Source: Neodothiora populina | Lineage: Eukaryota | Reading direction: 5' to 3' | Length of the DNA stretch: 64,000 nt | Assembly: GCF_041146345.1 (NCBI RefSeq) | Contig: NW_027191413.1 | Location: 186,001-250,000 of the forward strand | Shown here: positions 24,800-36,455 of the stretch, in pieces | Layout: each line of letters begins with the position of its first letter | How positions within the stretch are numbered: position 1 is the stretch's first letter | Notes under the pieces: generated by a model | Told to the model about the DNA's origin: nothing | The model's database searches: none | What the model saw: only the letters and a program-made list of their open reading frames with translations | Translations under genes and position numbers: made by a program

Positions 24800-27006
24800 C
24801 TTCTTGATCGACTGAACGAGAGAAGAGTTGATGTAAAGTGAATGTGATAGTGATAGATGAGATAGATGGAGGTTTGTTGATGAGGATGATAGCGATCGAA
24901 CAGCAGTCCAGAGGGATTGTTATATACCTTCGTACACCAGGACTGACAAGTGGATCGGACGATTGCTTGCACTTCAGATCGTGACGACTGGATGATCCAT
25001 GACGGTGACGGTTGGCAGCCCACCTCATGGTCTGAGTTGGGACCAAGTCACCATGTTGCCTACCTGGGAACGGGAAGGCCGATCAGGAAATAAGACAGGA
25101 TTCCATTTTGCGGATCAAGCCAGATGTGAGTGGCCCGCGGTGCGATCACAATAGGATGATCTTCAGGTACTTTCTGGGTTCGAAGGAAGTGGAGCAGCTC
25201 GTAAACAGCTCCGACTCGATCGACAGCACGTTCCTGAATGGTGTTCAGGAACAAGTGACGTCTGGCGAATGAGTGTTGGATGCTATTCTCGGAACGCGGA
25301 GAAGCAAATCTTATGTAGTGAATAACCTGGGGTGGTGAGAATTGTGGACCAGGGTACGTAAAGCTAGAGGATTCTTCGAACTTTTAGACATTGGCCACGG
25401 AACCCAATCGTCGTTCTTTCTAACGCGAAATCTCTCAGGATGGTAGTGTCAGTGATAAAGCAAAAGTGAAAGCTTACACAATACCTTATGTTCTCCGAGA
25501 TTGTGTCGACGACAGTGGTGATATGGCCATGGTGAAATGACTACGGCGATTCATGTGACGAAGAAACGAGCTCGTGCTGGATTTCCCTACCTTAGGTGAC
25601 CTTACCTTAGTCGATGGGTCCGTACCTACTTCAGGAAGTATACGCGGTCAGAGTCTTGCAAATGAGAAATAAAGCATCCAACCCCGCTGTTCGGATGATT
25701 TTGACGTCCATCCGAGCCGTGCGGGCCGTGAAGTCGTGCAGCTTTATTTCGCGCATCAGTGTACGAGTCCACCAAGGTACCTGTAGCATTGCTCCAAATT
25801 CATGGTTCAGTGGTTGGTCGGTTGGTTGGTTGTGCGGGCTGACAGGAATGGCGCGGATAGCAAATGCTCCACTGAAATGGTGCACACAATCACAAGCGTG
25901 GAAACGTGGGGCGATCAGCGAACAATATGTCATAGGGATCCAGTTATTTAGTAATGGAAACTGTGATCCTACTGCTTTCCAAACACTTGTCTATCGTGCC
26001 ATCTACAGCAAAGGGTCATGGGACGAGTGTTCAGGCATGGATCGTAGCATCAAGCGGTGGGCAGCGTTCATTGATGCTTTACAGATGATGAACTCTCCAA
26101 CCTGTGAACTGTCAAGCCATCCTGTATCAAGCACAAGTCGACATGGTAGGCTAGGGATTGCCAATAGTTTACAGCAGGCTTTTCTTCGGTGTTGCTTTCT
26201 GAAAACTTGCAAGTGAGGTTGGTCTGATCGTGAACATGTCTCGGAATGGACGAGCATTGCGTACGACCGCAGGCTGCCGCAAATGGTGCTCGTATGTACC
26301 TCAGCCTATGACATATTTTCCTCCCGTGTATGGCGATGTTCATTTCTGTCGCTCCTCGGGCTCACAAGCAAGGTCGTCGTGGCCTTTCGTTGGACGGTAA
26401 GGCATTACTGTACTCCAACCATCGGACATGTCTCGTCAAGACCAAGGCCACGCTCAACCGTTGTCTGCTGCGTCGTGTTCGTGATACGCCACGGCTCAGT
26501 CCCAAACACCTCGCCGTTGCACTGTAGACTTCTCAGGTAGGAGTTAACGGACAACGGCCGGCGCCGAATATTCCACGGCTGTCTTCTTTTTGTGGATAGC
26601 GCCAATCGAGGCGGTCGCAAGGGCAATTGCGGATGGTAAGTATTCCAAACGCGATATGCTGCTTTGCCGAGTGATGACTCGTGTTCGCGAATGATTGCTA
26701 TGATTACATTTTCTTCCAATTATCTTACACAACATTGAGCCTCAGGCTTCCCATGGCGATCATTCCCAAGCGCATCACATTAGAACCGTCTGTAAGGCTG
26801 CCTGCAATTGACTGCATCTTTGCAAGCTGATGATTTGCAACGGTTCGAAAAGATCATACACTTCAGCGTATGGGATTCATCATATTCCGCCAGAATTAGA
26901 TGTGGGAACGAGATGGTGATTCGCAGATCCAGAGTGATTCCCACGTAAGGATTTTTTCGACCAATCATCACTTCATGATCCTCAGATGATCCCTATGCAG
27001 GGCAGC

Positions 27007-27594
27007 TCATGTGGCAAGCACTTCCTTGACAACCTTGGCGACTTCTGCTTTCTCCACGTTCTTGCCTTCGAATGCTCCATTCGGACCAAGCAAAGACTTC
27101 ATGATCTCGCCCTGGTTGAGTTTCTTGCCTTGCTCCTGAAGCACCTTTATCGCCGAAACAACCACATTCCTGATCTCCTGTACACCCACAGTCTCCACGC
27201 TGCCGCTGTACGCCTCAAGGATACTGATCGCTGCCTCTTCCTTATCCTTCAAGTCGCTCCTGCCAGCGTCCTCGAATTCCTTCGCTGCTTGTGCAGACTG
27301 TGATGACCGCTTGCGTAATAGAGACAACAGCTGCATGTCTGTGTTTACTGGATTCGACGTCTTGGCCGCGTTTGTGATTTCCGCAAAGACTCCGCGCAGC
27401 ACATTGAGGCGTGCGGTGTCCTTGGCTCGCATTGCGGTCTTGAGATCTTCGCGCATCTTCAGCAGAAGTGCTGGTGCTGGTGGAGCTGGTGATGGCGAAG
27501 GTGCCGTCGTTGTCGTTGATGCATAGCGGATGGTGCGGATTGTGTTGAAGTTGGCCTGGCGCAGGCAGGGGCGAGCACGCGTGAAAACCTGCAT
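27007..27594 (-). CDS. AIM41: Mitochondrial YqeY/GatB-domain protein (Aim41-like)
   Basis: Arg-rich presequence ending IRYAS, then LLKMREDLKTAMRAKDTARLNVLR...EFEDAGRSDLKDKEEAAISILEAY, the YqeY signature. Confidence 0.88.
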   Translation of the reverse strand: MQVFTRARPCLRQANFNTIRTIRYASTTTTAPSPSPAPPAPALLLKMREDLKTAMRAKDTARLNVLRGVFAEITNAAKTSNPVNTDMQLLSLLRKRSSQSAQAAKEFEDAGRSDLKDKEEAAISILEAYSGSVETVGVQEIRNVVVSAIKVLQEQGKKLNQGEIMKSLLGPNGAFEGKNVEKAEVAKVVKEVLAT

Positions 27595-28118
27595 TGTAGG
27601 TGCTTGTGGTATGTCAATGGGCAACGGGTTTTGTAATGTGAGAACGAATTTGAAGGTCAAGAGTACAGTTGATTATTGATTTGGTCGATCTTGGTGAAGT
27701 AACTTCGGGCAAGTCGAACCGGGTCCACATCGGTTCGGGAATCCTACTTTTCTCACGTTCCGAGGGCAACCCTGTCCTTGCGATGAACCCAAGCACTGCA
27801 TCGACTTTCCTACTATATCTATTCTTCACACGTATACTTGATACTGGCAGAAGATTCTGAATTACCCTGAAAGAACATAACTGTGACGCACTGTGTCCAA
27901 GGTGACTTGACGTCGAGCATTGCTTGTGAAATGTATTCTATCGTTCACACTATGTGAGTGCTGACTACACAGTAGCCAGCCTAGATAGACTGCACAGAGT
28001 GTACAGACTAAAATACTACAAAAACATTGAAAAGATGATGGTTTCAAAATCAGACACGCTGTATTCATTTGATCGACCGTGAAACTACGTACAAAACATA
28101 CCTATTGCGACACACCCA

Positions 28119-31023
28119 CTATAGCTTTGCCTTGGAGCCTCCCTCGAGCAGTTCGGCACCGGCACCGGCAATGCAAAGCTTGCCAGTCTCCTTGACCTTG
28201 GTCTGGAAGATGACCACATTGCCCTCCTTCCACATCTCGGTCACAAGCGTCTGTCCAGGCAGCACAACACCAGCAAATCTGACCTTGATGTTCTTGAACT
28301 GGCCGAAAGTCTTGAGCACAGCCTTGCCAGCAAAGCCAAAGAAGCAGAGACCGTGAAGGATAGGGGTCTTAAAGCCACCGACCTTGGAGAACTCGGGGTC
28401 GAGATGAAGGGGGTTGCGATCACCCGACAATCGGTATACGATGGCTTGCTCCTCGGTGGTCTGCTCCTCGACAATAGCATCAGGCTTGCGAGATGGTGCC
28501 TTGTAAATGCGAGTTGCTGGGCCGCGATCACTGCCCTTGCTAGGTCCTCCAAAGCCGCCCGAACCCCGAATGAAGACCGTCGACTCGTTGTAGAAGACGT
28601 CTTTGCCAGTTCGCTTGTCCTTTGTGGTTGATCCAGTCACAACGATACCGGCATTGCCCTTGTCCACGACCTCGACCAGCTTGGGATACGAAACCAAAGT
28701 AGCCTCGGTAGGAATAGGATGCTGTCGGATCTCCAGATATTGCTCACCGTGCAGGAGCATGTTTGGAGAGAAGTTGGGCACGACATCGCCGACAGAGAAG
28801 GGTGCGACGGCATTGAAGGTTGGAATAACACCGAAAGTTGGTAAGACCATGAAGTTGTCGTCGTTCTCATAGACAAGAGGAAGGTCTGTCTTCTTCGCAC
28901 CGACACCGATGTCTGGAATCATTTGTTAGTAATGTTCAATATCAGGCATGATGATAAGCTTACTGTAGAGGATGACATCGCGTTCATCGTAGGAAAAGTC
29001 CGTGCCTTCGGCTTGCGCCTTCTTCGCCTTCTCGATCTCAGCAAGAATGGCCTCGTCGACCTTTCCTGCCTTCTTGTCGGCTTTGGCACCAGAGCTCTTG
29101 TTTTGCATGTTGGCCATGATCGACTTGAGTCCATCCTGACCGTCAGACGGGTGATCAGCACGGCCGTCATCGAAGTTAACGATCTTCTTCCATTGCGCAA
29201 GTACATGCTCAGGCGTAAGTTGCACATCGACAGGGAAGCCGTTGCCGCCAGTTCGCTGCCATCTGGTCTGCGCAGCCCAACCAGAGCCTACTTCGTAAAG
29301 ACAGCCAGTTCCCGGCTTGGGGACGAGGTCAGAGCCGAGAGCGACAACAAGAGGAGCAACGTAGTCGGGCTTGAAAGCCTGAACCATCTCCTCGGGCATG
29401 ATGGTCCGGGTCATGGCAGTTCCTGCGTTGGGAGCAATGGTGTTGACAAGGATGTTGTACTTGGCACCTTCCCTAGCGAGAGCTCTTGAGAAACCAAGAA
29501 TACCACACTTGGCAGCGGCATAGTTGGCCTGACCGAAATTCCCGTAAATGCCACTGGTGCTAGTGGTGTTGACAATTCTTCCATACTTTTGCTTAAGCAT
29601 GTACGGCCATGCTGCCTTTGAGATCTTGTAAGTGCCACGCAGGTGGACGTTGAGAACTTGGTTAAACTGGGCATCATCCATGTTTGCGAAGGCCTTGTCA
29701 CGGAGGATACCTGCATTGTTGACGATGATGTCGATACGGCCGTAGGCATCGATAGCAGCCTTGACGACGACATCGCCGTCCTCGGCCGAAGCCTTGACTC
29801 CAACAGCCTCTCCTCCGAGCTTCTGAATCTCCTGGACAACATCATCGGGGTTCATCAGATCATTGACCACGACCTTAGCACCGTACTTGGCGAATTGCAA
29901 GCAGTAGATGCGGCCGAGACCAGCACCGCCACCGGTGATCAAAGCTACCTTGCCCTTGAAGTCAGGGTTCTTTGCAGCAGGGCTAGGGGCAAGCTTCTGA
30001 GCATCTTCGAGCAAGGACATGAAATCGGCAACTCCAGTTGGGTACTCGGGAGAGCTGAAGTCGTTCACATTGTCCCACTTTGCAAGCAAAGCTCCAGGTG
30101 TGTAAGTGTCGTCGGCTCGGAGGAGAGCTCCCTTTGCACGCTCCCACCTGAGCTTTGCGATGTGTCCTCCACCAGCTTCAAAGATTCCGCCCGTCTCCGT
30201 GGTGTTTGATGAATGTGCCAGCACAGCAACCAGAGGGACAATCCAGTCCGGCTTGAGACTTGCCAGGACGTCTGGCGGCATGATTGTCTCGGTCATCCTT
30301 GATGCTGCAATGGGAGCAATGACGTTGCAGAGAATGTTGTATTTGAGGCCCTCCTTTGCGAGTGTTTCCGTGAAGCCGACTTGAGAGAGCTTGGCAGCTT
30401 TTCATCGTCAGTACTAGAATGGATGTAATGCATTCAAGGAATAAAAACATACCCGAGTAGTTGCATTGACCGAAGCTTCCAAACAGACCAGCTGCGGAGG
30501 CTGTGCTAATGACTCTGCCATACTTTTGCTTTCTGAAGTGCGGCCATGCTGCTCTTGCGCATTTGTATGCTCCTCGAACGTGGACTGCCATGATAAGATC
30601 CCAGTCTTCATCCTTCATGTTCTTGAAGCTGACATCTCGAAGGATGCCGGCATTGTTGATGAGAACATCGATTCTGCCAAATGCCTTGATGGCTGTCTCG
30701 ATGATCTTGTCACCGTCTTCTACAGAGTCATAGTTTGCAACAGCCTTGCCACCAGCTGCCTTAATCTCGTTGACCACTACATCTGCCGCCTACGAGTGGG
30801 GTAAAGGTAAGCAGCTGTATCGTCTACCGCTGAAACAAAAAGGCTCAAGAATTACCTTCGAGGACTTGCCCTCTCCTTTGAACGAACCACCGAGATCATT
30901 GACCACGACGTTTGCACCTCGTGAACCGAAAAAGGTTGCATATGCTTTGCCTAGACCACCACCTGCTCCTGTGATCACGACAGTCTGACCATCGAACCGC
31001 AGCTCCTTTCCTGCTGCAGCCAT
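28119..31023 (-). CDS. FOX2: Peroxisomal multifunctional beta-oxidation enzyme (hydratase-dehydrogenase-epimerase); four exons
   Basis: Two SDR domains (TGAGGGLG and [26 protein letters not shown]), hydratase 2 motif [14 protein letters not shown], and C-terminal PTS1 -AKL. Confidence 0.97.
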
Positions 31024-31207
31024 TGTGTAAAGTCTTTGAGTGTGAATAAGATAATCCGGGGTATATAGGGTATCACTGGGGTAGGAGAAGAGAAAGAGGA
31101 ATTCAAGATGGGGTCAGCCAGGAGACGAAGGGTAGGGTATACATAATAACATGTGCTTGGATGTAGAGCTGTTCTCATGAATTGGACCGTCGGCATGGTC
31201 GTTTGGG

Positions 31208-31349
31208 CCGAGGTACACTTTAGCTCGGTACAACCGTACGTCAGTTGCCATTTCCGGCTATGTTTGCACTTTTGTTTGGCGATATCACATGCGGGGATCT
31301 CTCTCGAGGGCCGAACTCGTCGGCAATTGTCCACTTCTTTACTCCGAGG
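31208..31349. promoter_or_regulatory. Two CCGAGG (CCTCGG) elements, candidate FarA/FarB (Ctf1) binding sites
   Basis: Exact CCGAGG at 31208-31213 and 31344-31349 in the 335-bp intergenic region upstream of FOX2. CCTCGG is the established FarA/FarB core in fungal beta-oxidation promoters. Confidence 0.6.
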
Positions 31350-31358
31350 GCAAGCAAC

Positions 31359-32506
31359 ATGACCAACATACTCGATGACAAGTCAGAACATTGTGTGCCT
31401 TTTATTGTTGAGCGCTTCAAGAATCACAGAGAGCACTATCAATCAGTCGGCGAAGATGCACCTCCATTCTTCATTGGCTTGAACGGTGTGCAAGGCGCTG
31501 GCAAGACGACTCTGGTGAGTTGAGTCATCTCTTTTGGTAGCCCAAGCATGAGATAGCACGTTGAAGACTACAATCGAGATGGATTATCCAAGTTTGCAAG
31601 AAAGTGCATCGAAACCGTGATATTATCCGAGCGTATATTGCGTCGATACCACACATGTCCTGACGAATATCTTGAATGGCAGGTTTCAACCCTGTGCAAA
31701 ACACTCTCAAGTGAACCGCTTCATCTGCCACTGGTGGTTCTATCTATCGATGATCTATACCTTCCTCACAGCCAACAAGTAGAACTAGCCGAGGCTCACT
31801 CGGAGAATCCATTGGTGCAGCATCGAGGCCAACCTTCGACCCACGATGTAGCCCTTGGAAAGTCATTGTTTGAGGCACTAAGTAGCAGACAATCGGATAT
31901 CAGAATCCCTAGTTATGACAAAAGCGCGTTCAATGGACAGGGTGATCGCGTTGACGCTTCAGAATGGGAGCTAGTCAACGACAGCGACAAGACAGTGGAA
32001 ATTGTTTTGTTCGAGGGCTGGTGTGTAGGCTTCCGTGCATTGTCAGACAAAGTCCTCGAGCAGAAATGGAATCAAGCCAGAGAAGCTGCTCAGCAACCGG
32101 GCTATCAAGGTCGATTGGGTAAACTCTTTTTCGACAGCGTCAAGTTCATCAATGACGAACTGAAGGAATATGATGCCATGACTGATCGCCTCGATGCATT
32201 CATTCACATGTAAGTCTATTCATTTTCTTTATTACCCTGGCAAAACGCGGACTGACTGCTTCTAGTGATGCCGAAGACACACAATATGTCTATGATTGGC
32301 GACTGCAGCAGGAAGCAGCTCTCCGCGCTTCGAAAGGTAGGGGCATGACCGATGAGCAGGTTGTTGAATTTGTCAATGGCTACTACCCTGCGTATGAGCT
32401 CTACACAGATGTCCTGAGGAACGGCATATACCCTGGTGAAGCTGGGAAGCAGCTTCGACTTGTGGTAGACAAAGCCAGGAAGGTCAAGGAGATTCACAAG
32501 ATTTAG
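31359..32506 (+). CDS. P-loop kinase of the Tda10/glycerate 3-kinase/uridine kinase-like family; three exons
   Basis: Walker A GVQGAGKTT, SIDDLYL, RGQPSTHD, YDKSAFNGQGDR, LFEGWCVGF and WRLQQE. Exons 31359-31514, 31683-32209 and 32266-32506. Confidence 0.9.
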
Positions 32507-32820
32507 CTTGTCCGGAGGGCTCGACGGACCACACATAAAATCTGTGTATATTGCAATCTGAAAGCCAAACTGATATGTCCCGTGTACTTGCTTGACCCAG
32601 GTTATTCGTTCCTTCGCATCTTGATATTTAGTCGTGATTTGCAAGAGATATGCTCCATCGGACTGGATCAAAACACGCGATCCAAGCACCCGAGTAAGTT
32701 CGGCTATAGTTGCCCATCCCGGCCAATATCAACGACCATAACTCTCGAAACCTCCTACCTCTGCTGCCACAACCATCCCCATTCCAGATAATTTCAATCA
32801 AGCCAGACTAGAGGCCAAGA

Positions 32821-34187
32821 ATGCCGATATGCATAGAGTGTCGCTACCCAGTCAGCAGTCTCTACACGACGTATAGCAAAGCCGACGACCGCACGTTAGG
32901 CAAAGGAGTACGGTTGACGCAATGTCCGAGATGCAAGCGATTTGCGGATAAATATGTCGAGCATGATTTTGTCGTGTTGTTTATTGATCTTGTTTTGATA
33001 AAGCCTCAGGTGAGTTTTCTTTCTGCTCAGTTCTTGTGGTCGTTTTGTTGTTTTTGTATTTGGACTTTTTGCGCTGTGTTTTGTGAGTTGGTGTACAATT
33101 CGGAAAAGAGCTATGTTTGTGCGACTGGGGGATCAATGAGGAGGCGAGTCGAGGAGATTGAGGAATTCATACCTGGTTGAGGTTTTTGTATTGCTTTTCC
33201 ATGTCTAAAGGAGAAGAAGTGTGCGTGCATTTTTATACTATCATTGCGCAACGACAACCAAGGGGAATCGTTCTGCGTGACACTATTGAGTCTTTCATAC
33301 TTCTGCGCCTGCGTCGATCACGATGCATACTACGCAGAGGAAGCAGACTAATGGAGACGCAAAAGGTGTATCGACATTTACTGTTCAATCGACTAGGTCG
33401 AGAAGACGGTCGTCTCGATGTAAGTCACACCTCGTCCACTCCTCATTTGATTATCCTACGCTCAAACTGACCCTCCATCCCGCAGCGCTCGATAATCCGT
33501 CTAGGCACGCTCTTGCTGCTGTTCGACGTCTACCTAACCTGGGCACGAATCGAAAAAGCAATCTCGAACCCAGCTCTCTCCTCGTCCCTCCTCAGCACCG
33601 CCAGCCCACCAACCAACTCAACGCAAACCTCCTCATCAACAAACACGACGTCCACCGACGCCTCATCAAGCAGCGCATTCCCCTCTTCCTTCCTCGCAAC
33701 CCAGCCCATCCTAGTCCAATACGTCTTCTTCCTGCTCCTATGCACGACGGAAACCCTCTCGTTCCACCTCCCAATCCACACCATACTCTCGCGGCCCCTA
33801 CCGCGGCCCCTCAGCTTCTTCTTCCCGAAACCCTATCCTCACCCAGCAGTGATCAGCACCGCGCTACTCGTCTCCTCGTTCACCAAGCTCTTTCCCTTGC
33901 TGTTATTGATCTGGCGCTACGACCTCCCCAGCAGCGCGAGCGCCGTCTCCTGGGCCGTCATCATCAATAACGTCGCCGCGCTGGAGATCCTGCTCGAGTG
34001 CGGCGTGTTCAAGGCGGCGGCGTTGGCGGGGGTCGGAGCGGTCGCGCGCGCAGGCGTCGGGTGGTGCATGTTGAGGGCTGCTGGGGTCGCGGGCGGTGCG
34101 GCCGCTGCGGGCATTGTTGAGACGGGGGATTTGATTGTGGTTTGGAGGCGCGTTGGCGCGGCTTATGCTGGGTTATGGGGGGTGTGA
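32821..34187 (+). CDS. ARV1: Arv1 ER membrane protein (sterol/GPI homeostasis); three exons
   Basis: MPICIECRYPV...LTQCPRCKRFADKYVEHDFVVLFIDLVLIKPQ|VYRHLLFN is the Arv1 homology domain. Exons 32821-33009, 33366-33419 and 33486-34187. Confidence 0.95.
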
Positions 34188-34602
34188 GGAGGGTTGAGGG
34201 AGGGATAATGTATGATGTAGATGTATGGAAACATTCGATCTCTATTGCTTTGGCTCGGGGATGACTGGAAAATAGTCTACCGTCTTACTGACGTTATTGC
34301 TCGTATGACTACGATGCGCGTTTTGTTGCTTTTCAATTCCGAATCGGGAGGGGCGGTCCAATGAGAGCGCTACGAGGCTTCTGATCCTTGTTTCTGTCAA
34401 CGCTTCCTTATATGGAGATAGCAGGCCATTTACTCGTAAAGTGATCCTTTCTTTTGTGAGAACAACAAGCGGCGCCCAACAGTCGGGTACAAAACGTCAT
34501 TCTCTTGAGCTAGAAAATACACGCACCACCACCTCCGCGTCTCCCTCCCTCCATCCATTTAGATCTGACCTTCAGTAGACAGAACCCAACCACCCAATCA
34601 AA

Positions 34603-35374
34603 TCAAATGAACCTCGCGCCATCCGAACCACCACTACTTCCACCACCGCCATGTCTCAGTGCATCTTCGGGTCGGAGGTCGGAGCGGATGGGTTGGATCA
34701 GAGGGTGCCATTGGGCGAGGAACGTGATTGCTTTTTTTTTTGGGTGTTAGCTGGTTTTCTTTTTCTTGTCTTTTTCTGTTTCTGTCGTTGTTGTCGAGGT
34801 GTTCGCCGGGGTTGTTGGCTGGACAGCTTCTGACGTTGAAGACGAGGAAGAAAAGAAAAGAAAATAAAGGGAGAAGAGACGTACCCCACATGAGATAGCA
34901 GCTCCAGGCGGAGAGAATGAGAGTCGATCTCCAGAGTCTGTTGTTTCGATGTCAGTAGATGTTCCATATCTCAGCAAGCCTCCCCCTTTCCTCCTCTCCC
35001 ACTCTCAAAAGCGATCAGAGGAGCAAAGAAGCAAAGCAGGAGGATAGAAACAGAAAGAAACATACGTCTGGTTATCACCCTTGGGACTCGCGAACCACGA
35101 GACGGCCGAAAAGGCAACTATGAAGGCCAGGCCTATTATGATGCTCCATCTGTTTGGTCGCCTGTCAGTATTCTTGCTTGGAGCTAGGCTTTGCTTTGCT
35201 TTGCTTTTGCTGGGTCTTGGCTTGTGCGCGTGTGTTGTGCTCATTGCCTTCCGTTTGGCGGTATAGACGTTCTTCTGGCCGTGACTGCTTGGCTGGGCTG
35301 GAGGAGGCGTGAAGAGTACATGGATGGATGGGAGAAGAGGCAAGGATGTATAGCTCGGCTTACCCGTTTGCCAT
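34603..35374 (-). CDS. VMA9: V-ATPase V0 subunit e; four exons
   Basis: The spliced product is MANG|WSIIIGLAFIVAFSAVSWFASPKGDNQT|LWRSTLILSAWSCYLMW|AITFLAQWHPLIQPIRSDLRPE...RFI*, which contains the PKG and CYLMWAITFLAQWHPL signatures. Confidence 0.93.
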
Positions 35375-35665
35375 GATGTGCGCGTTATGAGTCGTGGGTG
35401 AGTGGTAGACAAGAGAGGAAGATTGGTCTGATTGAGTCGATTGTCGTTATGTGAGGCGTGGAGTTGTGACTACTATAGATGAGACGGTGGAACAATACCT
35501 TGCGGTAGCTGCTGCTTGTGCTGCTTCCTACGTAACCACTCGACCAGGCATGATTGAAGTCGCTCGGTCGGTGGAGTGCACGGGCCAAGTCACAACCCAC
35601 TCTACCCAGTCCACTGTTCTTTTGGTCGTTGATATCTTATCGAGGATCGTGCTTAGTCATCCCAA

Positions 35666-35777
35666 GGAGAGATGGCCGAGCGGTCTAAGGCGCTAGCTTA
35701 AGGTTCCTGTGCTATCCATCAGCACATCAACATATCGCTAGTCAGAAATGGCGTGGGTTCGAATCCCGCTCTCTTCA
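35666..35777 (+). tRNA. tRNA-Leu, anticodon AAG, with 32-nt intron (35704-35735)
   Basis: Acceptor stem GGAGAGA/TCTCTTC, D-arm GCC-GAGCGGTCTAA-GGC, anticodon stem CTAGC/GCTAG with TT-AAG-G, variable arm, and T-loop GGTTCGAATCC. Confidence 0.93.
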
Positions 35778-35788
35778 ATATCCTTTCA

Positions 35789-35874
35789 GCACTATTGGGT
35801 TAGTGGTAAACTTGGTCGTTGCCAGCTTTCGCAGCAATCTCGACCAGCCCCGTGTCCGATTCACGGATGGTGCA
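35789..35874 (+). tRNA. tRNA-Gly, anticodon GCC, with 15-nt intron (35825-35839); T-loop variant TCCGATT
   Basis: Acceptor stem GCACTAT/ATGGTGC, D-stem GGTT/AACT, anticodon stem GGTCG/CGACC with TT-GCC-A, T-stem CCGTG/CACGG, and discriminator A. Confidence 0.87.
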
Positions 35875-35878
35875 GTTC

Positions 35879-35886
35879 TTTTTTTT
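35879..35886 (+). terminator. RNA polymerase III terminator (T8) after tRNA-Gly
   Basis: Run of eight T starting 5 nt after the tRNA-Gly discriminator base. No run longer than T3 lies between the two tRNAs. Confidence 0.8.
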
Positions 35887-36455
35887 GTTTCTTTTCCTCT
35901 TAGTGCTTCTGGTTTGCAATATTCGTTCTTACTTTTGATCTTGGTTGGCATGTCATGCACACGCCTGGTAGATGTTCTGTTGTTCTAGGGATTGCTAGAG
36001 CTGATCAAAGGGCTGGATATGCTTGCTAGTGCAGTAGGAGTTGCGTTAGACACTCAGGATAGTATTACAGGTAAATTTACAGAAACACGTGCGTGAAAGC
36101 GACAGTATAAGTGTGAACGATTTGATCGATCTTCACTCTTATACGCTGAGATGCACAGCAGAAGACAATTGCAGCTGCAGCGATTCAAGAGTATATATAC
36201 ACCGTAGCTGCCTCTATACAACAATGACTGACTACTCTCTCCTGTCCCTCTAAGCCTCTCTGAAGAAGCAGGCTGCTGGAAAGATACGAATCCATGAGAG
36301 AAGAGATGTCCTCGAATGCTACCGTTTCCACGCCCCCCTTTCTATACTCTATACCTCTGACCATTGATATCCCACCACAAGCCAAGCCAAGGAGACTTGA
36401 ATCCGATCGACCCATAACAGAGCAGAGAAAAGAACAAGGATACGAAGACAGACAC

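Noticed and set aside
25614..26216. 200-aa ORF in the region upstream of the wall protein
   Set aside because: No recognisable motif, composition or codon bias; probably a chance ORF in promoter DNA.
26860..26975. Possible C/D-box snoRNA on the minus strand (GTGATGA...ATGATGA...CTGA) with an internal GTGGGAA/TTCCCAC hairpin
   Set aside because: It lies in the AIM41 3' UTR with no convincing terminal stem or D' box, and only a partial rRNA-complementary stretch from memory. An Infernal or snoscan search would be needed.
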